Positions 28,570 through 36,652 of a stretch of DNA of 64,000 nt are shown in pieces. This DNA is from a virus. The notes beneath the pieces are model-generated. The model was not told the origin of the DNA. It did not search any database and saw only the letters and a program-made list of their open reading frames with translations. The stretch's first letter is position 1; each line of letters opens with the position of its first letter. A program made the position numbers and the translations under genes. Location: positions 1 to 64,000 of IMG/VR virus record IMGVR_UViG_3300042453_004434. One strand, 5' to 3'.

Positions 28570-28767
28570 TTATTTAACTGGATTTTTTGTATAACTTACA
28601 TCAATTACTTCTTCAATTATAGTAAAGCTATCTTTTTCAGCATCAAAATCATCATTATGAACTAACCAATTATGAATATCAATAGGATCTAATTTAACAT
28701 CAGATTTGAAATGATACCCAATAGTTGGGCCGTTGCGATATTCAACAATAGCAATTTGTTTGTTCAT
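28570..28767 (-). CDS. hypothetical protein
   Basis: likely start MNKQI at 28767; terminator-like hairpin downstream. Confidence 0.55.
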   Translation of the reverse strand: MNKQIAIVEYRNGPTIGYHFKSDVKLDPIDIHNWLVHNDDFDAEKDSFTIIEEVIDVSYTKNPVK

Positions 28768-28768
28768 A

Positions 28769-29023
28769 TTAGTAGAAGAAGATGCGCGACTCGTCAGGAA
28801 AGGTAACAGGAAGAGTGTCGCGGTCAACACCAAATGTGGTTCCAGGCGTCACATCAGACTTGGACAAATATCCAAATCCTTTGTAATTACCCGTCTGCAT
28901 GAGAAGATCTCCCACGAAATACTGTAGAGCTATTCGCTGATCCGCAAAGTCATTCTTGCTGTTCTGGAAGAATCGGTTTGCTTGTTCTCTGATGTTCTCA
29001 ACTGGAATGGTTTTTCGTTTCAT
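28769..29023 (-). CDS. hypothetical phage protein
   Basis: 84 aa, LMQTGNYKGFGYL. Confidence 0.65.
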   Translation of the reverse strand: MKRKTIPVENIREQANRFFQNSKNDFADQRIALQYFVGDLLMQTGNYKGFGYLSKSDVTPGTTFGVDRDTLPVTFPDESRIFFY

Positions 29024-29177
29024 ACAAATAATTTTTTACCTTGTACCGTCAACGCTGAGACTGAATCTACTGGAACACCGCGCCTTGTAAAGGATTTTTT
29101 ATTGGAATCGTACTCTAAAACGCCCCCATAAAATCCTACAGGAGACTTGACAGTCCAACCGACAACGTATCCGTTGT

Positions 29178-29540
29178 TCAGCGTGACTTGCGTGAGGTGG
29201 AGCGAACCAACTTTTTTGTCTTTTTTCCACTTGCCACCTTCTTCAACTTCGACTTGGTGGTTGTCTTCTTCTTGGTAGCGGAAACGGATTTTTTGCATAG
29301 ATTTTTTGTTTGATTTTCTTCTTGCTTTTTCTTTTTGGCAAACTCGCCGTAGTGATATGCTCGACCGCGAAGTCCTAGCTTTTGCTGATCTTCTGTGATG
29401 AAGCCACGACGAATCTCCCACTTTTTAAAAGCGTCGTCAATCATTTTATATGTGCCATCTGGAAGGTCTAAAGAATAGATGCCATCCATGCTGACATCAT
29501 ATCTGTTTGTAATACGCGATTTAAATTGACTATCACTCAT
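29178..29540 (-). CDS. basic protein with a Lys-rich histone-H1-like tail
   Basis: likely start MSDSQ; C-terminus KKSVSATKKKTTTKSKLKKVASGKKTKK. Confidence 0.55.
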   Translation of the reverse strand: MSDSQFKSRITNRYDVSMDGIYSLDLPDGTYKMIDDAFKKWEIRRGFITEDQQKLGLRGRAYHYGEFAKKKKQEENQTKNLCKKSVSATKKKTTTKSKLKKVASGKKTKKLVRSTSRKSR

Positions 29541-29675
29541 TGTATGTAAATCCCTTGTAGAAAAAATAAATACCAATACAAATTAATAAACAAAGCAAAA
29601 ACATTATCTACTTATTCTTTTGTTGATAGATTGTGATTAATAATGCGCAAACAATAATAAACAATAAATACATAA

Positions 29676-29867
29676 TTAAACAGGAGGAAGAACTTGCTCA
29701 AACTCTATTGCGCGTCCACTCAGATCACGAATGAGTTCACGGGACACAGTATCAAGAGTCTTGCGCCCAGTCAACTGAATAAATATGGCTTCCTGCGCTT
29801 TGTCGATGAACTTCTCGCGGGGAACACCATAGATGTGCTGAACATAGTACTTAATTTTAGTCTGCAT
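29676..29867 (-). CDS. hypothetical protein
   Basis: 63-aa ORF with a CA-rich leader. Confidence 0.6.
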   Translation of the reverse strand: MQTKIKYYVQHIYGVPREKFIDKAQEAIFIQLTGRKTLDTVSRELIRDLSGRAIEFEQVLPPV

Positions 29868-29947
29868 TTTTATTCCTTTTGTATTGTTTTTTACTTGGTA
29901 TTGTTTTTGTTGGAGGCGGAAGAGGCTTTCTAATTTTCTTAAATATC

Positions 29948-30454
29948 TCAGATTGTGATGGCAACTTTTTCATTTAATTTATCCCAAATAATGTATTGCT
30001 TACAATACTTGCAATAGTAATTTCTTTTACCAGATTGAATTGCGTTATGCTTGTATGTAGTTAGATAAATCTTTTTATCGCACTTGCAAGAATAAACATG
30101 ATCTGTTTTTACTTCAAAGTCGTGGCAACGAGTTGCCGATTGGCCGATAACTTGCATAACTTTCTTCCATTCGGCACCATGTGAAGAAATGAACATACCA
30201 TAAACTTGTCGCGAAATTAAATGTGCAGCTTCGTGACCCGGAGTATCATCAATAAATGCTTGTCCATTCTGAATTAAAAGAACATTGTTCAATCGAATTA
30301 GATTATGATGGTAATAAGCAACACCAGCACGGCGACCGCCCAAATTAAACTCAACAGTAGGAAATGGAAACTTTGCATTATAAACTGATTCGCAAATTGA
30401 ATATACGTTTTGTATTCTAACTAAGCAAGCGTTTTGTAATTCAGTTACATTCAT
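29948..30454 (-). CDS. SprT-like zinc metalloprotease
   Basis: RRAGVAY, HEAAH, HGAEWK, YSCKC...CKYC; likely start MNVTE. Confidence 0.9.
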   Translation of the reverse strand: MNVTELQNACLVRIQNVYSICESVYNAKFPFPTVEFNLGGRRAGVAYYHHNLIRLNNVLLIQNGQAFIDDTPGHEAAHLISRQVYGMFISSHGAEWKKVMQVIGQSATRCHDFEVKTDHVYSCKCDKKIYLTTYKHNAIQSGKRNYYCKYCKQYIIWDKLNEKVAITI

Positions 30455-30611
30455 CGCAATCAAAGTATCACCTTGTACTGCAAGGCACAAGGGATTTTTG
30501 TCGCCTGAACAACTTTTTTTTGAGGCACTTGGCACGAAACTTGTTGTTGACAACCTGGAGTTTCTTCAGAGAGAAACCAACGTAAGTCGTTGTCTTTCAA
30601 CGACTTGCGTT

Positions 30612-30668
30612 GGGGCCCCTCTTTGCGTAAGTCGTTGATATTCAAGGACTTACAAAAGGTGGGGCCCC
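30612..30668. repeat. 57-bp palindromic core R8
   Basis: GGGGCCCC-N41-GGGGCCCC, preceded by an extra palindrome. Confidence 0.9.
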
Positions 30669-30892
30669 AAAAAAATCAAGAGATTTTTTTTGGTATTCTC
30701 CAGGTAGTTGGCACGGTTTATGCTCCCAGCAATGGGAATGCCAAATCATAGTTGGCATGAAAATTGATTTCTTGACCAGGATTTTTTTTGGTGAAGCAAA
30801 AATATCTGAGAAAAGTTGTTGTAGCCGCATAGGAAATCGTACACACTGTACCCGCAGTTCGATTCAACAACTAACCAAAAGGAAAACACAGT

Positions 30893-31924
30893 ATGCCAGC
30901 AAACATTGAAAATCGTGACGTTCAGGCCGGACTTGAGATGGCTTGGCACGGTATGACCAAGATCGTTCCCGTCATCAACTTCGCTGACGCCTTTCCATTT
31001 GAAATTGAAAAGCGTCAACTGGTTGACAGCGAGGACGGCACCCCAATCGAAGGAGAGTATTACTTTCGCAGCACTGACGACAAGAAGAAGATCGGCAAGA
31101 CCCTTCCTGATTCTTATGTCGCAATCTCAAACGCTCGTTTTTGGGAAATCGTGCAGAACGCGGTTGGTGGCACTGGCGCCGTCATCGAATCCGCTGGAAC
31201 GGTTTTCGACCGTTGCCGCCGATTCGTGACTGTCAAACTCCAGACCGATCTTGATACGTTCAAGGTGGGTGATCGTGAGTTCAAGAATCGATTCTCCCTG
31301 CTGGACAGCATCGACCAGAGCACGAATCTGTACGGCGTGAACAGCAGCACCTGCGTCGTCTGCTCGAATACCTTCGCGATGGCGATGGGCGACAGGTCCG
31401 GCGAGTTCCGTTTCAAGCTGCGGCACTCGAAGAATCTTGTGCCCAAGATCGAGAACATGGAGAAGGCCATCGATCAGTTCATCGGTGTCACCGCCCAGTT
31501 CCAGCAGGCGATGAAGATCGCGAATGAGATCCCGGTCAAGCTGGATCAGGCTCGTCCGCTCTTTGCTGGTTGGATCGCTGAAGAGACCAATGGGCTATCC
31601 ACTCGTTCATTCAACACTGTCGGGCGTTTGACCGAGTTGTTCACTCGGGGTGCTGGAAATCGCGGCGAGACCCTGCTCGACGCTTTCAGCGCGGTGACTG
31701 ACTTCTATTCGCACGAATCGAGCGGCGGTCAGGATCAACCGGGGTTCCGAATGAAGCAGACCATCTCCAGCGACTTTGGCGCAGCGTCCAAGCGAAAGCA
31801 GGACTTCTTCGGCCAGATCTTCGACGTGGATAAGGAAGTGACGTTCAATCGGGATCGGTTCACCAATCTGGTCAGCAACGGTCGCAACCTCATCAGCGCG
31901 ATGGAAGCGGTTACCGCGAACTGA
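30893..31924 (+). CDS. DUF932 (phage/plasmid TIGR03299-like) protein
   Basis: AWHG, Y..ISN, IESAG, VVCSNT, RHS, AVTDFYSH; GC-rich codons. Confidence 0.8.
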   Translation: MPANIENRDVQAGLEMAWHGMTKIVPVINFADAFPFEIEKRQLVDSEDGTPIEGEYYFRSTDDKKKIGKTLPDSYVAISNARFWEIVQNAVGGTGAVIESAGTVFDRCRRFVTVKLQTDLDTFKVGDREFKNRFSLLDSIDQSTNLYGVNSSTCVVCSNTFAMAMGDRSGEFRFKLRHSKNLVPKIENMEKAIDQFIGVTAQFQQAMKIANEIPVKLDQARPLFAGWIAEETNGLSTRSFNTVGRLTELFTRGAGNRGETLLDAFSAVTDFYSHESSGGQDQPGFRMKQTISSDFGAASKRKQDFFGQIFDVDKEVTFNRDRFTNLVSNGRNLISAMEAVTAN

Positions 31925-31938
31925 ACCAGTCAAGCAAG

Positions 31939-31967
31939 AATCCTCCCGCAAGGGAGGATTTTTTTTT
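31939..31967 (+). terminator. intrinsic terminator
   Basis: AATCCTCCC-GCAA-GGGAGGATT plus T-tract. Confidence 0.9.
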
Positions 31968-32054
31968 GCGGTTGGCACGTCTTTTACGCTTGACAACCTG
32001 GAGATGCTCCTGGGAAAACCCAACGTAAGTCGTTGTCTTCCAACGAGTTACGTT

Positions 32055-32111
32055 GGGGCCCCTCCTTACGTAAGTCGTTGATATTCAAGGACTTACAAAA
32101 GGTGGGGCCCC
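32055..32111. repeat. 57-bp palindromic core R9
   Basis: GGGGCCCC-N41-GGGGCCCC with extra palindromes on both sides. Confidence 0.9.
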
Positions 32112-32409
32112 ATCGTAAGTCCTTGATAATCAAGGGTTTACAAAAGCACTTTTTCAATTTTATCGATAAAGTGACATTATAAGTCAAACTACTTTTTAAT
32201 ATATATATAGTTTATATTTATACTTATTTAATACTTATTTGTTTATTTATTACTAGCTTATATAGTTATATTTGTATATATGTTATTTGACTATGTATTA
32301 TTTGCCTATATATAGATCAGTTATTTGGAAAAAAATCATTCAGCTATAAAAGAAAAAACCTACCAGGTTTTACCCTGATAGGTTTCACACACGGTTTTTA
32401 GTTGATTAT

Positions 32410-32685
32410 TTATCGACGAGGCTTACGATATTCAATACGTCCAGAACGAGCGAATACAATATTATCTGTATTTACAGTTCTATTTGCCTCGGCATTAACA
32501 TCATAAAAGCGAACACTCTTATTTGTTGCATTCATGATTCGCGCACAATATGTGCTATTTGTCTTGCCCTTGTTCACCACTAGCGTTGTAAAACGGCCAG
32601 CTGTCCTATTTAGTGTTTCAGATAGTGTCATATTTGACGCGCTTACTATATAGGATATTTGACTATTTGTCAACATGTTTTTCAC
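32410..32685 (-). CDS. small SH3/WYL-like protein
   Basis: GRFTTLVV...RFYDVNAEANRTVN; terminator hairpin downstream. Confidence 0.55.
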   Translation of the reverse strand: MKNMLTNSQISYIVSASNMTLSETLNRTAGRFTTLVVNKGKTNSTYCARIMNATNKSVRFYDVNAEANRTVNTDNIVFARSGRIEYRKPRR

Positions 32686-33102
32686 ATATTATCAACAATA
32701 GCGCAATAATCATTATCAATATTATATACATGTATTATATATAGTGTTTATTCTATTTATTCCGCATATGCTAACACCATTCAGCCATCATGTCAAGCGC
32801 CCGACCTGGCGGCTGTATTATTTTCTATTCTGTTTTTATTTATATTAAATACAAAAAATACCAATATATATGTTTTATATTATATATATGGTATACTATA
32901 TTCTAGCTATTATATATACTCTTATTTGTTATTTAATCGCTCACTATTTAGTATTTGTAGCAGTAAATAGATAATAAAAAGCATATCCAATAATAAATAA
33001 ACCAATTCCAACTGGCGCGAGCATTAAACCAATTAATAAAATAAAAGTAAAAATGCCCATATGATATATTGATTCCATATATATTTGTATATTTAAAAGT
33101 AG

Positions 33103-33426
33103 TTATTTAGCCTTTTTTCGTTCAGCTTTGTCTTTATTTGCGGCGGCCTCATTTATCATTCTATCTAATCTTTTATATGCATCTTGTTTAGTTAGACAAG
33201 TGTAACCGTGCAGCCCCCAACTATTATTAGATGGATAAAATTCACTCGGCGCTATTTTATTACCAGCTATTATTATTCCATTATGAGATTGTATTCTAAT
33301 AGCCTCATAATGTTTCTTATTTATATTATTACTATAACATCTTTCATATATAGCATACATATCTTCTCTATGTATTTGCTTATATTTGAACCCGGCGCTT
33401 TCAAATTCTTTATCTAGTTTTTTCAT
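33103..33426 (-). CDS. hypothetical phage protein
   Basis: GFKYKQI...EFYPSNNSWG. Confidence 0.65.
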   Translation of the reverse strand: MKKLDKEFESAGFKYKQIHREDMYAIYERCYSNNINKKHYEAIRIQSHNGIIIAGNKIAPSEFYPSNNSWGLHGYTCLTKQDAYKRLDRMINEAAANKDKAERKKAK

Positions 33427-33528
33427 ATATATATCTTATATATAGTATATATATACAATAATACAAAATACCCCTAATGTCAACAAAACAAACCAAAAAC
33501 AATTAAAACCAAACAAAAACAAACAAAA

Positions 33529-33798
33529 TCAATTGTTTCGATTTATATCATTCATATCTTCTTTTTCTAGCTGCATTTCGGCAGTAGCAAGCAAAGTTTG
33601 CTTGATACCAAGCGCCACACCATTCACATAATTAAAATAAGAAATCAATACCAAATTTATTAAAAAAGCCCAATAAATAAAGGTATTTGGATGTATATGA
33701 GCACTATACAATATATACAAACATACAAAGAAATGAAACAATACACCATATTTATGTATATAGTAATTAAAATTATTATTTAGTTTATTATTTAACAT
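33529..33798 (-). CDS. membrane protein
   Basis: two hydrophobic segments. Confidence 0.5.
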   Translation of the reverse strand: MLNNKLNNNFNYYIHKYGVLFHFFVCLYILYSAHIHPNTFIYWAFLINLVLISYFNYVNGVALGIKQTLLATAEMQLEKEDMNDINRNN

Positions 33799-34101
33799 AT
33801 TATTTATAAAGCAGAAGCTCGCAGATACGTTTTTATCTGTATACCTATATTTCCTATCTTATTATCTATATATTCTATATTATTATACTATATATATTTA
33901 ACCTATAATAAGGAAGAATAAAGACATATTTGGAAAAATGTACAAAAACATACAAAAACAAGGGGTTTTTGATGTATTTGGGGGATTTTAGTTAGCTATT
34001 TTGGGGGTATAAATTAGCCTATAAATGCATCATCTTATTTGATACATATTTGGTACTATATTTATCATATATACATATATAATATCTATCATATAGCATA
34101 A

Positions 34102-34117
34102 TGTTCCACGTGGAACA
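34102..34117. promoter_or_regulatory. parS: parS-type ParB binding site
   Basis: perfect palindrome TGTTCCACGTGGAACA in non-coding AT-rich DNA. Confidence 0.8.
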
Positions 34118-34233
34118 AAATAGACATAATTTATCTTATTTGGTACAAGTTAGAACATAATTAGCACATAAAAGCTATACAAAATATGAATAACAAACAC
34201 TTTGCGCCCGACTTATTAACAATTTTACAAGTA

Positions 34234-34479
34234 TTAATAAGGATATAACTCTATTTTATTACCAAGCATTTGTTCTAGTATAGAGAATATATCTGTATTA
34301 TATTTATGTAATATAATATCTAGCTTGGCATATAGGGTTTTGTTATAACAACCAATGCAATGCATTGCTGGGGTATTAATTAGATCTGAAATTTCTGGAC
34401 CAATGTGTACAAATTTATCTTTATTATCAAATATGATTTTGAGTATCTGCTTTTTAGCAAGTACTATGGGTTTATTCAT
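34234..34479 (-). CDS. hypothetical protein
   Basis: 81 aa, CxxC; overlaps the upstream stop. Confidence 0.55.
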   Translation of the reverse strand: MNKPIVLAKKQILKIIFDNKDKFVHIGPEISDLINTPAMHCIGCYNKTLYAKLDIILHKYNTDIFSILEQMLGNKIELYPY

Positions 34480-34811
34480 AGTTGCTTGTATAGCACATAA
34501 CCAGCAAATGCAAGTAGGAAAACGCTATAACCGCCAATCAAACCAGTCAATAAAGAAACCCAGAATATAAAACAGAATGGGCAGCTAAGTAGTTTGGCGA
34601 CAAAATTATTGTTTGTTTTAAGCCATACATTGAAATCTATATTTACTGTTTCAGTATATTGTTTATATGCTTTAATAAATGGAAGATAGGTAAAAGGCTT
34701 CCACTTTAGTAGGTATTCATAAACAGCATTAGTTTGTATCCAAACATAAGCTATGTATGCGATTGTAACGGCTGGAACTACATGATTAATAAGATAAAAT
34801 AAGTCGTACAT
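34476..34811 (-). CDS. membrane protein with LLSCPFC motif (DUF1360-like)
   Basis: KLLSCPFCFIFW between TM segments. Confidence 0.6.
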   Translation of the reverse strand: MYDLFYLINHVVPAVTIAYIAYVWIQTNAVYEYLLKWKPFTYLPFIKAYKQYTETVNIDFNVWLKTNNNFVAKLLSCPFCFIFWVSLLTGLIGGYSVFLLAFAGYVLYKQL

Positions 34812-34833
34812 GTATATATATTATATGTACAAC

Positions 34834-35097
34834 TTAAATATTATCCATCTCTTCTATTAAATCTTTAAAATAGTAAAATATATTATTCTGAAGTGTTTTA
34901 GGCTTATTAGATATTAATGTATATACGTTTCTAGAAATTATAGGATTATAACTTATACGAATCATCTTTGCATTACGCAAATACGGTTGAACTGGAATAG
35001 GCTCTAATTTAAACAAATCATCTGATATCTTCTCATATCCTTTTTTAAGAAGGATTTTAGTTTGATTATTACTAAAAACAGGCTTATCAGTATTCAT
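34834..35097 (-). CDS. hypothetical protein
   Basis: 87-aa ORF in operon. Confidence 0.5.
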   Translation of the reverse strand: MNTDKPVFSNNQTKILLKKGYEKISDDLFKLEPIPVQPYLRNAKMIRISYNPIISRNVYTLISNKPKTLQNNIFYYFKDLIEEMDNI

Positions 35098-35102
35098 ATA
35101 AT

Positions 35103-35651
35103 TTAATTTTCTTGATCTTCTAGTTGTTCGTCATCGTAAATACCATAATCTTTACGCATATTAATACCTTCTTCGCTATCCCAAACTGGTTCATTCTTAA
35201 CCAAGAATTGACCATTTATGATCTTATAATACCCAATAAAGCAATTACCCTCTTCATAAAACTCCAAACCAAACTCAATATTTGGATATTTCTTGCTAGC
35301 TGCAATCAACCATTCAGTTGGTTGGCCCCATGCAGTATCAAAATTGATTTGTGCAGTTATTCCATCTTCAGCGATATACCAATCCTCAATACAAGTAGCG
35401 TTCCATTTAGTACCCCAATTTAAAATAGACCAATCATACCAATCACAAGCACCATATTTAGCAATCAGTTCTTTGCTTTTTTCAGACTCAATATTAAGAT
35501 TTGGCGCTCTTGTTCCAACTAACTCTTCAGGCATTGGAACCGAACCATTAAAATCTAGATATTGTTCATCTTTCTTATTCTGTTCTATAAAAGAAAGAAT
35601 ATCAGACTTAGTTCCAGATATATCTAAGCTATTAAAACAATAATTAGGCAT
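35103..35651 (-). CDS. DUF1281/YubB ferredoxin-like protein
   Basis: MPNYC.N, LDF...PMPEEL, WYDW...NWGTKW, FDTAW. Confidence 0.8.
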   Translation of the reverse strand: MPNYCFNSLDISGTKSDILSFIEQNKKDEQYLDFNGSVPMPEELVGTRAPNLNIESEKSKELIAKYGACDWYDWSILNWGTKWNATCIEDWYIAEDGITAQINFDTAWGQPTEWLIAASKKYPNIEFGLEFYEEGNCFIGYYKIINGQFLVKNEPVWDSEEGINMRKDYGIYDDEQLEDQEN

Positions 35652-35665
35652 ATATTTTATATCAA

Positions 35666-35851
35666 TTATTTTTTCTTCAACAACTTATTAACAATTTTAC
35701 TTCGCTCTTCAAAAGAAAAAGAAGCTAGATTTTGTGGCGGAATCTGGTCCATCTTCATTCTTTTCCAGATTTGATTATAAACACACCAAAAACTAACAGT
35801 TCCATCCTTGTGGAACGTTAGCTCTTGATCAGACTTGATCAGCGGTTGCAT
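35666..35851 (-). CDS. hypothetical protein
   Basis: likely start MQPLI directly after a TTGACA-N17-AATGAT promoter. Confidence 0.55.
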   Translation of the reverse strand: MQPLIKSDQELTFHKDGTVSFWCVYNQIWKRMKMDQIPPQNLASFSFEERSKIVNKLLKKK

Positions 35852-36443
35852 GGTTGACATCATTGCATGGTAGCTTGAACCTGTCAAGAGGTTTATCAAC
35901 AACGTTGTAATAATCTTTATAAGGACTATTTTTGATCAGATTATTTCTAAATTCAAGCACTTCTTTTAAATCTTTTGATGTAAAACGAGATTTTTCGTAT
36001 TTTAATTGTATTGTGCAATCAAAAAAACCTCCTTTTTCATTATAAAAGATATATTTATATCCAGTATTTGATTTATTTATCTTAGAGTTGATATTATTAA
36101 TAGTTCTATCAACAAGCCGCAAATTGTTTGGATTATTATTATTTCTATTACAATCAATGTGATCTATCAATTCATTACCAAAATCAGTAGTTTTATGATA
36201 TAAAGCATAAACGATGCGATGACACCGATATGTTTTATAATTTATCATCACACAATAATAATCACTGCTATTTTTTGTTTTGATTTGTTTATCTCTTGTT
36301 CTAGAGTTAGACATCATCATATCTAGATCAGATTTAAAATGATCTCGCGGTCTTGGTTTCCATCTTAAATAAGATGGCGATGTCGCATCTAATTCAAAAC
36401 ATTCTTCTAAATACTTTAATGATGGTAATTGTGATATTTGCAT
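35829..36443 (-). CDS. HNH homing endonuclease with an AP2-like C-terminus
   Basis: HRIVY...IDHIDCNRNNNNPNNLRLV...N; NTGYKYI. Confidence 0.9.
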   Translation of the reverse strand: MQISQLPSLKYLEECFELDATSPSYLRWKPRPRDHFKSDLDMMMSNSRTRDKQIKTKNSSDYYCVMINYKTYRCHRIVYALYHKTTDFGNELIDHIDCNRNNNNPNNLRLVDRTINNINSKINKSNTGYKYIFYNEKGGFFDCTIQLKYEKSRFTSKDLKEVLEFRNNLIKNSPYKDYYNVVDKPLDRFKLPCNDVNHATADQV

Positions 36444-36496
36444 AAAATTAATAAATCATAAAATCTAAATATGATAGCTAAGTGTAATTACTGTTA

Positions 36497-36544
36497 ATGA
36501 AAGTTCGCGCACTTTTTATTAGTGATTGTCATCTTCTCATGTGA
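36497..36544 (+). pseudogene. N-terminal relic of a metallophosphoesterase gene
   Basis: MKVRALFISDCHLLM*, matching motif I (SDxHL) of the intact gene downstream; preceded by GTGTAA. Confidence 0.6.
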
Positions 36545-36652
36545 AGAAAATTCACGGATATTCTGTTTTTGAATTCACGAATATCGAAAATAGATTAAAA
36601 TTTTGTCAATCTTTAGAAAAAACTTTTAACATTGGTTTAGCAAGAAAATCAG

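Noticed and set aside
21989-32111. Classical integron attC or Xer dif sites
   Set aside because: No RYYYAAC/GTTRRRY ends, no XerD-arm TTATGTTAAAT, and no integrase in the window; only the layout is integron-like
21946-32145. CRISPR array interpretation of the repeats
   Set aside because: Intervals are 0.3-2.3 kb and contain genes; no constant-length spacers and no cas genes
33478-33530. A/C-rich low-complexity tract
   Set aside because: No consistent period; probably a U-rich terminator or spacer on the minus strand
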